Shown: one piece after another, positions 1 through 6,375 of the stretch
Numbering within the stretch: the first letter of the stretch is position 1
Layout of the letters: every line of letters starts with the position of its first letter
Virus record (IMG/VR): IMGVR_UViG_3300044681_000033
Location: 1-35,580 of that record
DNA from: a virus
Taxonomy: Duplodnaviria; Caudoviricetes
DNA length: 35,580 bases
Direction: 5' to 3' (one strand)
Position numbers and translations under genes: made by a program
Notes under the pieces: model-generated
Databases searched by the model: none
The model's input: only the letters and a program-made list of their open reading frames with translations
What the model was told of the DNA's origin: nothing

Positions 1-129
1 CTAAGGCCGATTTTTTTGATCTTTTCTTCACGGATTAGCCTGTTCAAAATTTGATACATACCAGACTTGTTATGGCCTGTGAGATCCATAATCTCAGCCG
101 CAGACATACTCCTCGTAATTATCTTTTCT
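1..129. repeat. Terminal overlap, left copy (matches 35452-35580); circular/permuted genome of ~35451 bp
   Basis: Positions 1-129 equal 35452-35580 except position 3 (a) vs 35454 (g). Confidence 0.95.
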
Positions 130-149
130 ATTTCTGAGTCACGCTTCAT
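1..149 (-). CDS. 5' part of a winged-helix-like protein that continues across the circular junction to 35238
   Basis: ATG at 149 with GGAGG RBS at 154-158; reads MKRDSEIEKIITRSMSAAEIMDLTG, in frame with ORF 35238..35558. Confidence 0.75.
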   Translation of the reverse strand, partial: MKRDSEIEKIITRSMSAAEIMDLTGHNKSGMYQILNRLIREEKIKKIGL

Positions 150-162
150 AAGCCCTCCTAAA
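145..162. repeat. 18-bp direct repeat, copy 1 (TTCATAAGCCCTCCTAAA)
   Basis: Exact match to 747-764; on the - strand it reads TTTAGGAGGGCTTATGAA (RBS+ATG). Confidence 0.95.
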
Positions 163-751
163 CGGTATCCGCGATAATAATTTTTCTATACTGCTCTAAA
201 GATTTGCCCCTGTTAAAGCCAGTAATAAGGCCAGTCTGTTTATTTTTTCTCCAGATAGTTGCGTTTGTCTTTCCAACAGCAGGCTCCATACCAACCGTTT
301 CAAATAATTCTGGCAGCAATTGTTTTCTCCAGACATTGATCTTCCTCATCCTTCTAACGCCACCATCTACAATTGCGACAACCTCATACCCCAACGCTTT
401 CCAAAATTTATTGGCATCAATATCGAACCCGCAACGCAAAGAAACAGATGTTGCGTGACCTTCGTTTGCGTACTCCTCAAGAGCAGCAACTAGAGCAGCA
501 CCATAAAGTTTCAGCCTAGCATCGTATTGAATACAAACTTGATGGCATTTCACCGTATGTCCTTGCGCCCCAACATAGATATACCCGCATGGTTGACCAT
601 TTAATAACCCAAGAAAAAGCCTCCTCTTTTCTTTTTCGCGTTCAAAAACTTGCTTGGGATAAAAAGACAATGATTCAGCGTTTTTCTTTTGTAAGAAATC
701 AATGTAGACCAGCATATCTGGGTGGTCTTGCACCACAACAAAATCATTCAT
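158..751 (-). CDS. GNAT-family acetyltransferase
   Basis: GNAT motif A-like QVCIQYDARLKLYGAALV and motif B-like ANKFWKALGY; strong RBS; AT-richer than the rest of the genome. Confidence 0.8.
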   Translation of the reverse strand: MNDFVVVQDHPDMLVYIDFLQKKNAESLSFYPKQVFEREKEKRRLFLGLLNGQPCGYIYVGAQGHTVKCHQVCIQYDARLKLYGAALVAALEEYANEGHATSVSLRCGFDIDANKFWKALGYEVVAIVDGGVRRMRKINVWRKQLLPELFETVGMEPAVGKTNATIWRKNKQTGLITGFNRGKSLEQYRKIIIADTV

Positions 752-1049
752 AAGCCCTCCTAAATTTAGCCAGCTTCTCCTCGCTTGGCGTTGGTCTGTA
801 AGTTAATTGTGGTGAGTCAAAATACTGTGGAGCCTTCTTGCAAAGTTCTTTGAACTGTATAAGGTTGGGTGGGCGTTCTCCAAGCATACTCAGGCCGTAT
901 TTGATCTGTTCTACAGAATAGCCGCGCAATTCGTCTGCCCACGCACCCTTTACTTCATCCAAAGGCATACCATCAAACTTGCGAGTCCACTCCTGACCGT
1001 AGACAACTAACATCTTGTTCCACAGCGCATCTATCGCGGATAGGTTCAT
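744..1049 (-). CDS. Replication protein P-like (helicase loader/initiator partner)
   Basis: Directly downstream of the initiator with ATGA overlap; YG..W...W...L.......I..GL......PPNL.QF..LC pattern of phage P-like proteins. Confidence 0.65.
   Translation of the reverse strand: MNLSAIDALWNKMLVVYGQEWTRKFDGMPLDEVKGAWADELRGYSVEQIKYGLSMLGERPPNLIQFKELCKKAPQYFDSPQLTYRPTPSEEKLAKFRRAYE
747..764. repeat. 18-bp direct repeat, copy 2 (TTCATAAGCCCTCCTAAA)
   Basis: Exact match to 145-162. Confidence 0.95.
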
Positions 1050-1768
1050 AGGATCATCAACCTTTCTACAGGTTGCCCAGGTTCAGGCCACTTTCTCCCT
1101 GTCATCTCTTCCCATTTCTTTCGTTTGGCAAGCTCATCTCTTTCCGCGAATGTTAACAGTTTATCCTGCGGCTTGTCTTTCACCCACTCAGCCTTAAACC
1201 CTCGCCAACCACGAGCCACAATCTCGGAAAGGGCGTTCTCTAAAGACCAGCCCGCAAGATCAGCTTCCTTCTGGATTGTCTTTATAACCGTCTCAGTTAC
1301 TACTGCCCGCGCCTTTTGTCTTTGCTGAAGAAAAGAGTCCCATACCTCTGAAGACACGCCTTCAGGCGCAGGTAGTTTTTTTATTGGTTTATGGTTATTG
1401 GTTAATGGTTGTTGGTTATTGGTTGGTTGAACGGTCGTTGAACGGTCGTTAAGCCTTCGTTCAGCAGACGCTTTACCAGCCCTAGAAGCCGCCTCAGACT
1501 TAGACCTAAAATGCGCGATTTCTTTTTCTGCCCGCTTGCTTATCCAGCCAGCATCTTCAAGAACGAAAAATGTCTGCAAAACAAACTCAACAGAGTCTTT
1601 GTGTTCTGCCATTCCGATCTGTCGTGCAACGGTCGTTGAACAGGCGTTGAACGGACGCTCGTGCAGATAGTATTCGTCTAGCAATCTGCGGTAAGCGAGG
1701 TCTTCTAAGAGGCTAAGATTTCGGGTATGACTAGCGTAGTCACCGATATTAAATTGATAGTAGTGCAT
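1046..1768 (-). CDS. DUF1376/YdaU-family phage replication initiator
   Basis: N-terminus MHYYQFNIGDYASHTRNLSLLEDLAYRRLLDEYY is typical of DUF1376; internal iterons; ATG at 1768 preferred over the upstream TTG at 1774. Confidence 0.85.
   Translation of the reverse strand: MHYYQFNIGDYASHTRNLSLLEDLAYRRLLDEYYLHERPFNACSTTVARQIGMAEHKDSVEFVLQTFFVLEDAGWISKRAEKEIAHFRSKSEAASRAGKASAERRLNDRSTTVQPTNNQQPLTNNHKPIKKLPAPEGVSSEVWDSFLQQRQKARAVVTETVIKTIQKEADLAGWSLENALSEIVARGWRGFKAEWVKDKPQDKLLTFAERDELAKRKKWEEMTGRKWPEPGQPVERLMIL
1381..1470. promoter_or_regulatory. Probable replication origin: six 7-bp TT(A/T/G)(T/A)TGG repeats followed by four 11-bp iterons
   Basis: ttattgg/tttatgg/ttattgg/ttaatgg/ttgttgg/ttattgg at 1381-1422; ttgaacggtcg x2, ttaagccttcg, ttcagcagacg at 1427-1470; lies inside the initiator gene like lambda ori in O. 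Confidence 0.7.
1625..1657. repeat. Second iteron cluster (3 x 11 bp)
   Basis: tgcaacggtcg, ttgaacaggcg, ttgaacggacg in tandem; same consensus as 1427-1448. Confidence 0.7.
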
Positions 1769-1770
1769 CA

Positions 1771-1901
1771 CCAATTCCCTTTAGGTCGACCCGCATGAAG
1801 TGGAAATCCAGCGGGAGGCCTACATTGCGTAAAAAACTGGCAGCGGGCCGATCTAAAAGGAACTGGCTAACTGCCTCCACTTTTGTGCTTTCCACGGCAC
1901 A
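1771..1901 (-). ncRNA. Candidate cis-regulatory 5' leader RNA of the initiator (24-bp RBS-sequestering stem plus loop-loop pseudoknot)
   Basis: Arms 1843-1866 and 1771-1794 pair on the - strand with 3 G-U pairs and 1 mismatch; the loop of hairpin TGTGC-CGTGGAAA-GCACA is complementary to TTTCCAC (1800-1806) inside the large loop. Confidence 0.65.
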
Positions 1902-1907
1902 GATAAT

Positions 1908-1935
1908 AAGATACCACAGAACAACTAAAGTTCAA
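1908..1935 (-). promoter_or_regulatory. Putative sigma70 promoter for the replication operon
   Basis: TTGAAC-N16-TATCTT with an extended -10 TG; predicted start ~1901 coincides with the first leader hairpin. Confidence 0.5.
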
Positions 1936-2873
1936 GCAATCTTGCAAGACCTGAAGAACGCTTCTCCGTTTACAACCTCGCACAACTCAGGAGGCAGCAG
2001 TACGCCATTACGGAAGGTAAGCACCGCAAACCCACTCGCCCACGGGACTGGGTTGTGTTCCAGATACATAAACTGTGGCCCATCTATCTCCGCAAGGGTT
2101 CCTGTATCTACACCGTATCTACGCCCCGTGTAGTCTCCCCAAGCAGTTACTTGTAGCCTATGTAAGTGACCTGTGCAGAAGTTAACGCCCGATTTTAAAG
2201 CATTGTTATAGGTGCTATGAATTCCGTTGTGCCACCTGTGTTTTATTACAGTATTCCCGTTGACATCTATTGCGTAACAAGTGTGCCAGCTAGGAAAGAA
2301 GTCATAAAGGTCTGTGTTTGGCATACCAGAGACTTCTGGGGCGTTGGTTCTGATGTACCGCCATAACCTCGTGTCGTGGTTTCCGTAAGTCCAGATCTTC
2401 TTAGCGTTCTTACAGGCTTTCTCTATCTCGCCCATTCGTTCTTGGCAAGCCTCTACCTCTTCTTTTGGTGAGGGCGTTTCGTGCCTATAAAGTGCGTCAT
2501 GCCGCGAGACCCTAGCTCCGTCAAACACATCACCATTAGCCACCACAATATCTACAGGCAGGTTTTTCAGGACTTCTAATAGTGCCTTGTGAGCTACGGT
2601 TGCAGGCCCAGGCCAGTAATGAGCATCGCTAAAAACCACAATAACCCCGTCCGCAAGCTCTACATACGCTTTTTGCTCGTGGACTACATTGGTCATGGAA
2701 ACTTGTTTGGCATTGAAAGAAAGCAGGTCAATACCGTACCTTTTTTCAAGCCTGTTCCTGCGGTCATAGACTGTTCTAACTGTCACCCCAAGATGCTCGG
2801 AAATCTTTTGCGGGCTACCCAAATCTTTGAACAACTGAATAAATTGCTCATCCGTACAAGCTGCTGCTGTCAT
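1932..2873 (-). CDS. Calcineurin-like metallophosphoesterase with N-terminal HTH-like segment
   Basis: Motifs SDAH, NGDVFD, GNHD, KH, GHLH in canonical order. Confidence 0.85.
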   Translation of the reverse strand: MTAAACTDEQFIQLFKDLGSPQKISEHLGVTVRTVYDRRNRLEKRYGIDLLSFNAKQVSMTNVVHEQKAYVELADGVIVVFSDAHYWPGPATVAHKALLEVLKNLPVDIVVANGDVFDGARVSRHDALYRHETPSPKEEVEACQERMGEIEKACKNAKKIWTYGNHDTRLWRYIRTNAPEVSGMPNTDLYDFFPSWHTCYAIDVNGNTVIKHRWHNGIHSTYNNALKSGVNFCTGHLHRLQVTAWGDYTGRRYGVDTGTLAEIDGPQFMYLEHNPVPWASGFAVLTFRNGVLLPPELCEVVNGEAFFRSCKIA

Positions 2874-3214
2874 TACAACTCCTTTGGGTCAAACCCCAAT
2901 GTGTGAGAAACTTTTGCCGCAGCATCCAAGAATGTTTTGGTGTGCTTATCCCAGTTGGGATCTTTGCGGAGAAAAAGATGGAGGTGGATCATCTCGTGAG
3001 CCATCGTTCGTATTACAGTATCGAGGTGCGCGTGTTTTGCGCTTGAGATGGTAATTTTGTGCGGGCCTGGCTCGTATTCACCGTAGAAGTCTGGGAGATG
3101 CCGCACAGAGAAAATGATGTCTGCGGAGGGAGGTAAATGCCACGACTTAATAGGGGGCAACTGGATAAGCAGTTCGTAAACTGCGATGCAAGTAGATCTT
3201 GTCACCAGTTTCAT
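2873..3214 (-). CDS. SprT-like/zincin HExxH metalloprotease-domain protein
   Basis: TMAHEMIHLH motif and downstream H...F; ATG at 3214 preferred over GTG at 3223. Confidence 0.7.
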   Translation of the reverse strand: MKLVTRSTCIAVYELLIQLPPIKSWHLPPSADIIFSVRHLPDFYGEYEPGPHKITISSAKHAHLDTVIRTMAHEMIHLHLFLRKDPNWDKHTKTFLDAAAKVSHTLGFDPKEL

Positions 3215-3223
3215 GCCACGCAC

Positions 3224-3368
3224 CTTATCACAATATGTTTACAAAACAAAGACTTGAACAATAAAGTTAAACTGTTGCATTTAAGCAACTAAGGGTTTTC
3301 CCTAATAACAATATCTTGCACAACTAGGCAAACTAGAGTTGTGGTTAAACACAAACGAGGAGAATTAG
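3224..3368. promoter_or_regulatory. AT-rich divergent control region with several inverted repeats
   Basis: Only divergent gene junction in the genome; GTTG-N8-CAAC at 3274-3289, AGGG-TTTT-CCCT at 3292-3303, CACAACT...AGTTGTG at 3319-3343; GAGGAG RBS at 3357-3362. Confidence 0.65.
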
Positions 3369-3500
3369 ATGGACGAAACAACTACCCAGTCGGAGATTCG
3401 CGACTTCAACAATGTTTTGGAATCACGCAGGTCAGAAGTTGATTTTCTGGTTGATTACAGCGAGCCTTTTTACGATTGGACAGACGATGGAGGACTATGA
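3369..3500 (+). CDS. Small acidic early protein (43 aa), not in ORF track
   Basis: GAGGAG RBS 6 nt before ATG; MDETTTQSEIRDFNNVLESRRSEVDFLVDYSEPFYDWTDDGGL. Confidence 0.65.
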   Translation: MDETTTQSEIRDFNNVLESRRSEVDFLVDYSEPFYDWTDDGGL

Positions 3501-3648
3501 CGATGCCGCTGGGCAAGCTCACCAAACCGACCTTCTTAGGCAGCAGGAACTTGAAGAGGCTCTTGGTCTTTACGCGCCTGTTTATGTTTTACCAAGCCAG
3601 CAACTTACCGCTGAATTACTCTATTTCAAAAGCATGGAGGTTATCTAA
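3487..3648 (+). CDS. Small hypothetical early protein (53 aa)
   Basis: MEDYDDAAGQAHQTDLLRQQELEE...; fills the gap between neighbours and its stop abuts the next ATG. Confidence 0.55.
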   Translation: MEDYDDAAGQAHQTDLLRQQELEEALGLYAPVYVLPSQQLTAELLYFKSMEVI

Positions 3649-3819
3649 ATGGACTTGACCGTTCACAACACAGAAGAATTGTGCTTAGTTCAGCACCGCA
3701 AAGATGGTAGCCAGAGCAACTACACAACGCTTGTTATCAAGCATAAAGATGGCGAGTTGCGGATAGATATGTTCAGCAAAGAACCACTCACATTTACACT
3801 AGGAGAATCAGATGACTAA
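3649..3819 (+). CDS. Small hypothetical early protein (56 aa), not in ORF track
   Basis: GGAGG at 3636-3640; MDLTVHNTEELCLVQHRKDGSQSNYTTLVIKHKDGELRIDMFSKEPLTFTLGESDD. Confidence 0.65.
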   Translation: MDLTVHNTEELCLVQHRKDGSQSNYTTLVIKHKDGELRIDMFSKEPLTFTLGESDD

Positions 3820-4321
3820 TGGCAAAGTGAACATCCACGGCAAAGAATACTCAACCGTAGCCTACCGTATACACCAGTTTCGTAGCGACCATCCCGACTG
3901 GCAGATTCATACTGAGGTCATTGAGTTGGACGCAGACCATGTTGTCATGCGCTGTGACATCTGTGATGCCGCTGGTGTCCACCAGGCTACAGGCCACGCA
4001 CTAGAGACCCGCAACGCCTCTAAGATGCACCAGACCAGCTATGTCGAAATAGCGGAGACGAGTGCTGTCGGTAGGGCTTTAGGATTCTTGGATTATGGCT
4101 CTCAGGAAATGCAGATCGCTTCTGCGGACGAGGTTATCGCGGCAATCTCCAGCCAGTCTGACCCGCGAGTAGAAAAAATGACTAAAGCAGTTATGGCTTG
4201 CACGACATTAGATGAACTCAAGATTGTCTGGGGCGGGATGAACGAGAAGGACAGGAAGGTTATGCAGGAAACTTTTACTAAGAGAAAGGAAGAAGTATGT
4301 CGAACCACGGAGCAAATGTAG
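3812..4321 (+). CDS. Rad52/Sak-like single-strand annealing protein
   Basis: GKEY..VA.RI..F and AETSAVGRAL motifs; same operon as the YqaJ exonuclease and SSB-like gene. Confidence 0.65.
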   Translation: MTNGKVNIHGKEYSTVAYRIHQFRSDHPDWQIHTEVIELDADHVVMRCDICDAAGVHQATGHALETRNASKMHQTSYVEIAETSAVGRALGFLDYGSQEMQIASADEVIAAISSQSDPRVEKMTKAVMACTTLDELKIVWGGMNEKDRKVMQETFTKRKEEVCRTTEQM

Positions 4322-4539
4322 TCCGCATTACCGCGCTATGTGCGGAATTACGAGAACTAACAGCTAAATCACTTTTAGAAACACGAGAACTTGAGGAGGT
4401 AATTACAAGATGCATCGAGATACAAAAAGAAGCGTTCCATCTCCAAGAATGGGCTATGACATCTTTAGATATGGAGTATGCCAAAGCCTTAGACGCGAGG
4501 AAGCAAAGGCTGCAACGCTTGACGGACTTGGAACAGTAG
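4297..4539 (+). CDS. Hypothetical helical protein
   Basis: ORF in operon orientation with an amphipathic heptad pattern. Confidence 0.55.
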   Translation: MSNHGANVVRITALCAELRELTAKSLLETRELEEVITRCIEIQKEAFHLQEWAMTSLDMEYAKALDARKQRLQRLTDLEQ

Positions 4540-4580
4540 CAGTCCTGATGATCCTCTTTTTCGGGTTGATGTTCTTATGA
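4449..4580 (+). CDS. Possible 43-aa membrane peptide overlapping the previous gene
   Basis: MGYDIFRYGVCQSLRREEAKAATLDGLGTVAVLMILFFGLMFL; C-terminal hydrophobic helix; its stop forms an ATGA overlap with 4577. Confidence 0.4.
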   Translation: MGYDIFRYGVCQSLRREEAKAATLDGLGTVAVLMILFFGLMFL

Positions 4581-4789
4581 ACTGGCTACTGGGATTTACT
4601 ATGGGGGTTCTTCTCTGCCTGATCTATGGCAGGGTCACAGAGAAAGAGCCTGTCCACCACTCCACAGAGGTCGCAGATGTTATCCAAGCATATAAGCAAG
4701 GCTCTAAAGACTTATTGCGGCTTAACCCTGTAGACCCACGCTTGGAGTCCACCTGTATTCAACTGTGGGGAATGAAGCAGAATGATTGA
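4577..4789 (+). CDS. Hypothetical protein with N-terminal transmembrane helix
   Basis: MNWLLGFTMGVLLCLIYG hydrophobic N-terminus; overlaps the next gene. Confidence 0.6.
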   Translation: MNWLLGFTMGVLLCLIYGRVTEKEPVHHSTEVADVIQAYKQGSKDLLRLNPVDPRLESTCIQLWGMKQND

Positions 4790-4982
4790 AATAAAGTTAA
4801 AATGTGAGTCGCCCGAGGAAGCCGCGATGTACCTAGAAGCTCCCAGGGTACGAGGTGGGCTAGATTCTTATGCTTACTGGCTGCGGAGTAAGATTAAACA
4901 CGCAGACCTGTCGCCAGAAGTATTGGCGTTTGCAGAAGAAGCCCAAAAAGAGTTTTACGAAAACTTAGGAGAAATGTTGTGA
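4782..4982 (+). CDS. Hypothetical protein
   Basis: Operon-embedded ORF, GTGA overlap with the exonuclease gene. Confidence 0.65.
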   Translation: MIEIKLKCESPEEAAMYLEAPRVRGGLDSYAYWLRSKIKHADLSPEVLAFAEEAQKEFYENLGEML

Positions 4983-5608
4983 GAGAAGAAAACAAGCTGC
5001 AAGGCACAGGTGCTTGGCATAACCAGAGGTGCGGGAAGGCCACAGCTAGTCGCGCAAAGGCCATAGTAAAGAAGCTCAAGAATGGGGATGATTCCGCAGA
5101 GCGTAAAGCCCTAAAGGTAGAAATCCTGTGTGAGCGTCTTACAGGCGATGTGGTGGACAAGTTCGTTACTCCCGCCATGACACGCGGTATAGAGGAGGAG
5201 CCGCGGGGCAAGGAAGCCTACGAACTCAAGACTGGTCGTCTAGTAAAGGACATTGGTTTTGTAGATCACCCGCGCATAGAGTATTGCGGGGCCAGCCCTG
5301 ACGGTCTCGTGGATGACGGTCTTATTGAGATCAAATGCCCCAACACTACGACTCACATAGGGTGGGTGCTTGCGGGTGTCGTTCCTGAAGAACACAAACC
5401 CCAGATGATCTTGCAATGCGCCTGTACGGGCCGCAAGTGGGTAGATTTCGTTTCCTACGACTCTAGGCTACCAGAGGCCCAACAACTCTTTATAAGGCGT
5501 TATACGCCCTCTCAAGAGGAAATAGACTGGTTAGAAGAGGAAATAACCAAGTTTCTGGCTGAAGTTGACCAGATGTTTGACCAACTAACACAAACGGAGA
5601 TGCTATGA
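4979..5608 (+). CDS. YqaJ/lambda-exonuclease family recombination nuclease
   Basis: QGT..W...R.G..TAS, AM.RG.E.EP, GASPDGLV, IEIKCP, Q...Q motifs. Confidence 0.92.
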   Translation: MREENKLQGTGAWHNQRCGKATASRAKAIVKKLKNGDDSAERKALKVEILCERLTGDVVDKFVTPAMTRGIEEEPRGKEAYELKTGRLVKDIGFVDHPRIEYCGASPDGLVDDGLIEIKCPNTTTHIGWVLAGVVPEEHKPQMILQCACTGRKWVDFVSYDSRLPEAQQLFIRRYTPSQEEIDWLEEEITKFLAEVDQMFDQLTQTEML

Positions 5609-5868
5609 GCTACGACAACACCAACAGCGGGATGCTGGCCCGCAACGATAGGAAAGAGAAAGACACCCATCCCGATTTCAAAGGGGCTATAAATGTAGAC
5701 GGAAAGGATTACTGGCTGAGTGCCTGGGTGCGGGAAGGCAAGCCTGGGGGGAAGATGGAGGGCAAGAAATACTTTAGCCTGTCTGTAAGCCCGAAAGAGC
5801 AAGCTCCTGCGCCCAAACCTAAAGCAACATCGTTCGACCAACTGGATGACGATATTCCAGCTTGGTAG
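5605..5868 (+). CDS. DUF736-like putative single-stranded DNA-binding protein
   Basis: N..K....HPDFKG.I.VDG..YWLSAW...YFSLSV core and SSB-like acidic tail LDDDIPAW. Confidence 0.7.
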   Translation: MSYDNTNSGMLARNDRKEKDTHPDFKGAINVDGKDYWLSAWVREGKPGGKMEGKKYFSLSVSPKEQAPAPKPKATSFDQLDDDIPAW

Positions 5869-5897
5869 TTGTTTTTTTACAACAGTTAGACTATTAT
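5868..5897 (+). promoter_or_regulatory. Putative promoter overlapped by a GTTG-N8-CAAC operator
   Basis: TTGTTT(5869-5874)-N17-TATTAT(5892-5897); operator at 5868-5883. Confidence 0.5.
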
Positions 5898-5903
5898 AGA
5901 GTT

Positions 5904-5999
5904 ACACCGCAGGCCACCACAGCGCGGCACAGCAGCGAGCGAGTGACTGGCATCCAGGTAACTGGTGAATACTCTGTGACGACAGAGGACTACTGCGGG
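5904..5999 (+). ncRNA. Candidate structured non-coding RNA (multi-stem junction)
   Basis: Closing stem CCGCAG(5907-5912)/CTGCGG(5993-5998); GCCA/TGGC arm; CCAG-GTAA-CTGG GNRA hairpin; CTCTGT-GACG-ACAGAG hairpin; upstream promoter; no ORF. Confidence 0.55.
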
Positions 6000-6003
6000 C
6001 TTC

Positions 6004-6375
6004 CTAATACGACCAGATAGTGGGGCGTAGCTCCCCTTCTAGCGTATCTAAATGCAGAAATCTGCCTGAACCCTTCTGCTGAACACCCACCCCACTAAAA
6101 CCAGCTTCTAGGGCCATTCTGAGTAGCCTGTGCGCCTCTGCACCCTGTATGCCTATATCCGCAGCTTGACCGCTTGCGTGTGCGCCAGGGCGGGCTTTCT
6201 TGGCCTCTATGGGGTGGTCAGGACAACGGTAGCCAGAAGTCACCTTCATAGGTGCGCCATAAACAGTACGCAACTGTTGCAGCTTAGCCATAAACTCGGG
6301 TTTCATCTCGTTAGCCCCGCAATGCGTACAGTTAAATTCTTGCGCGGAGAAATTGGGGTAATCAGACCAGTTCAT
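6004..6375 (-). CDS. Endolysin, peptidase M15A family
   Basis: NFS..EF.C.HCG, VTSGYRC..H, H..GQAADI, FLHLD zinc-peptidase motifs. Confidence 0.9.
   Translation of the reverse strand: MNWSDYPNFSAQEFNCTHCGANEMKPEFMAKLQQLRTVYGAPMKVTSGYRCPDHPIEAKKARPGAHASGQAADIGIQGAEAHRLLRMALEAGFSGVGVQQKGSGRFLHLDTLEGELRPTIWSY

Noticed and set aside
1-129. 129-bp end repeat as a biological direct terminal repeat
   Set aside because: It falls mid-gene, its length is close to a typical assembler k-mer, and it is far from terS; better explained as circular assembly overlap.
1795-2133. + strand 112-aa ORF across the initiator leader, and similar + strand ORFs throughout 6-35 kb
   Set aside because: Antisense to well-supported genes or RNA structure, with no recognisable domain.
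3274-3289. LexA (SOS) box
   Set aside because: The beta/gammaproteobacterial box is CTGT-N8-ACAG; these sites are GTTG-N8-CAAC.
3476-3658. Alternative-frame early ORF (MTMPLGKL...)
   Set aside because: A GGAGG is present, but the 3487..3648 frame has more protein-like composition and abuts the next start; not fully excluded.
5904-5999. tRNA or intrinsic terminator
   Set aside because: No GTTCRA T-arm, anticodon arm or CCA; no U-tract on either strand.
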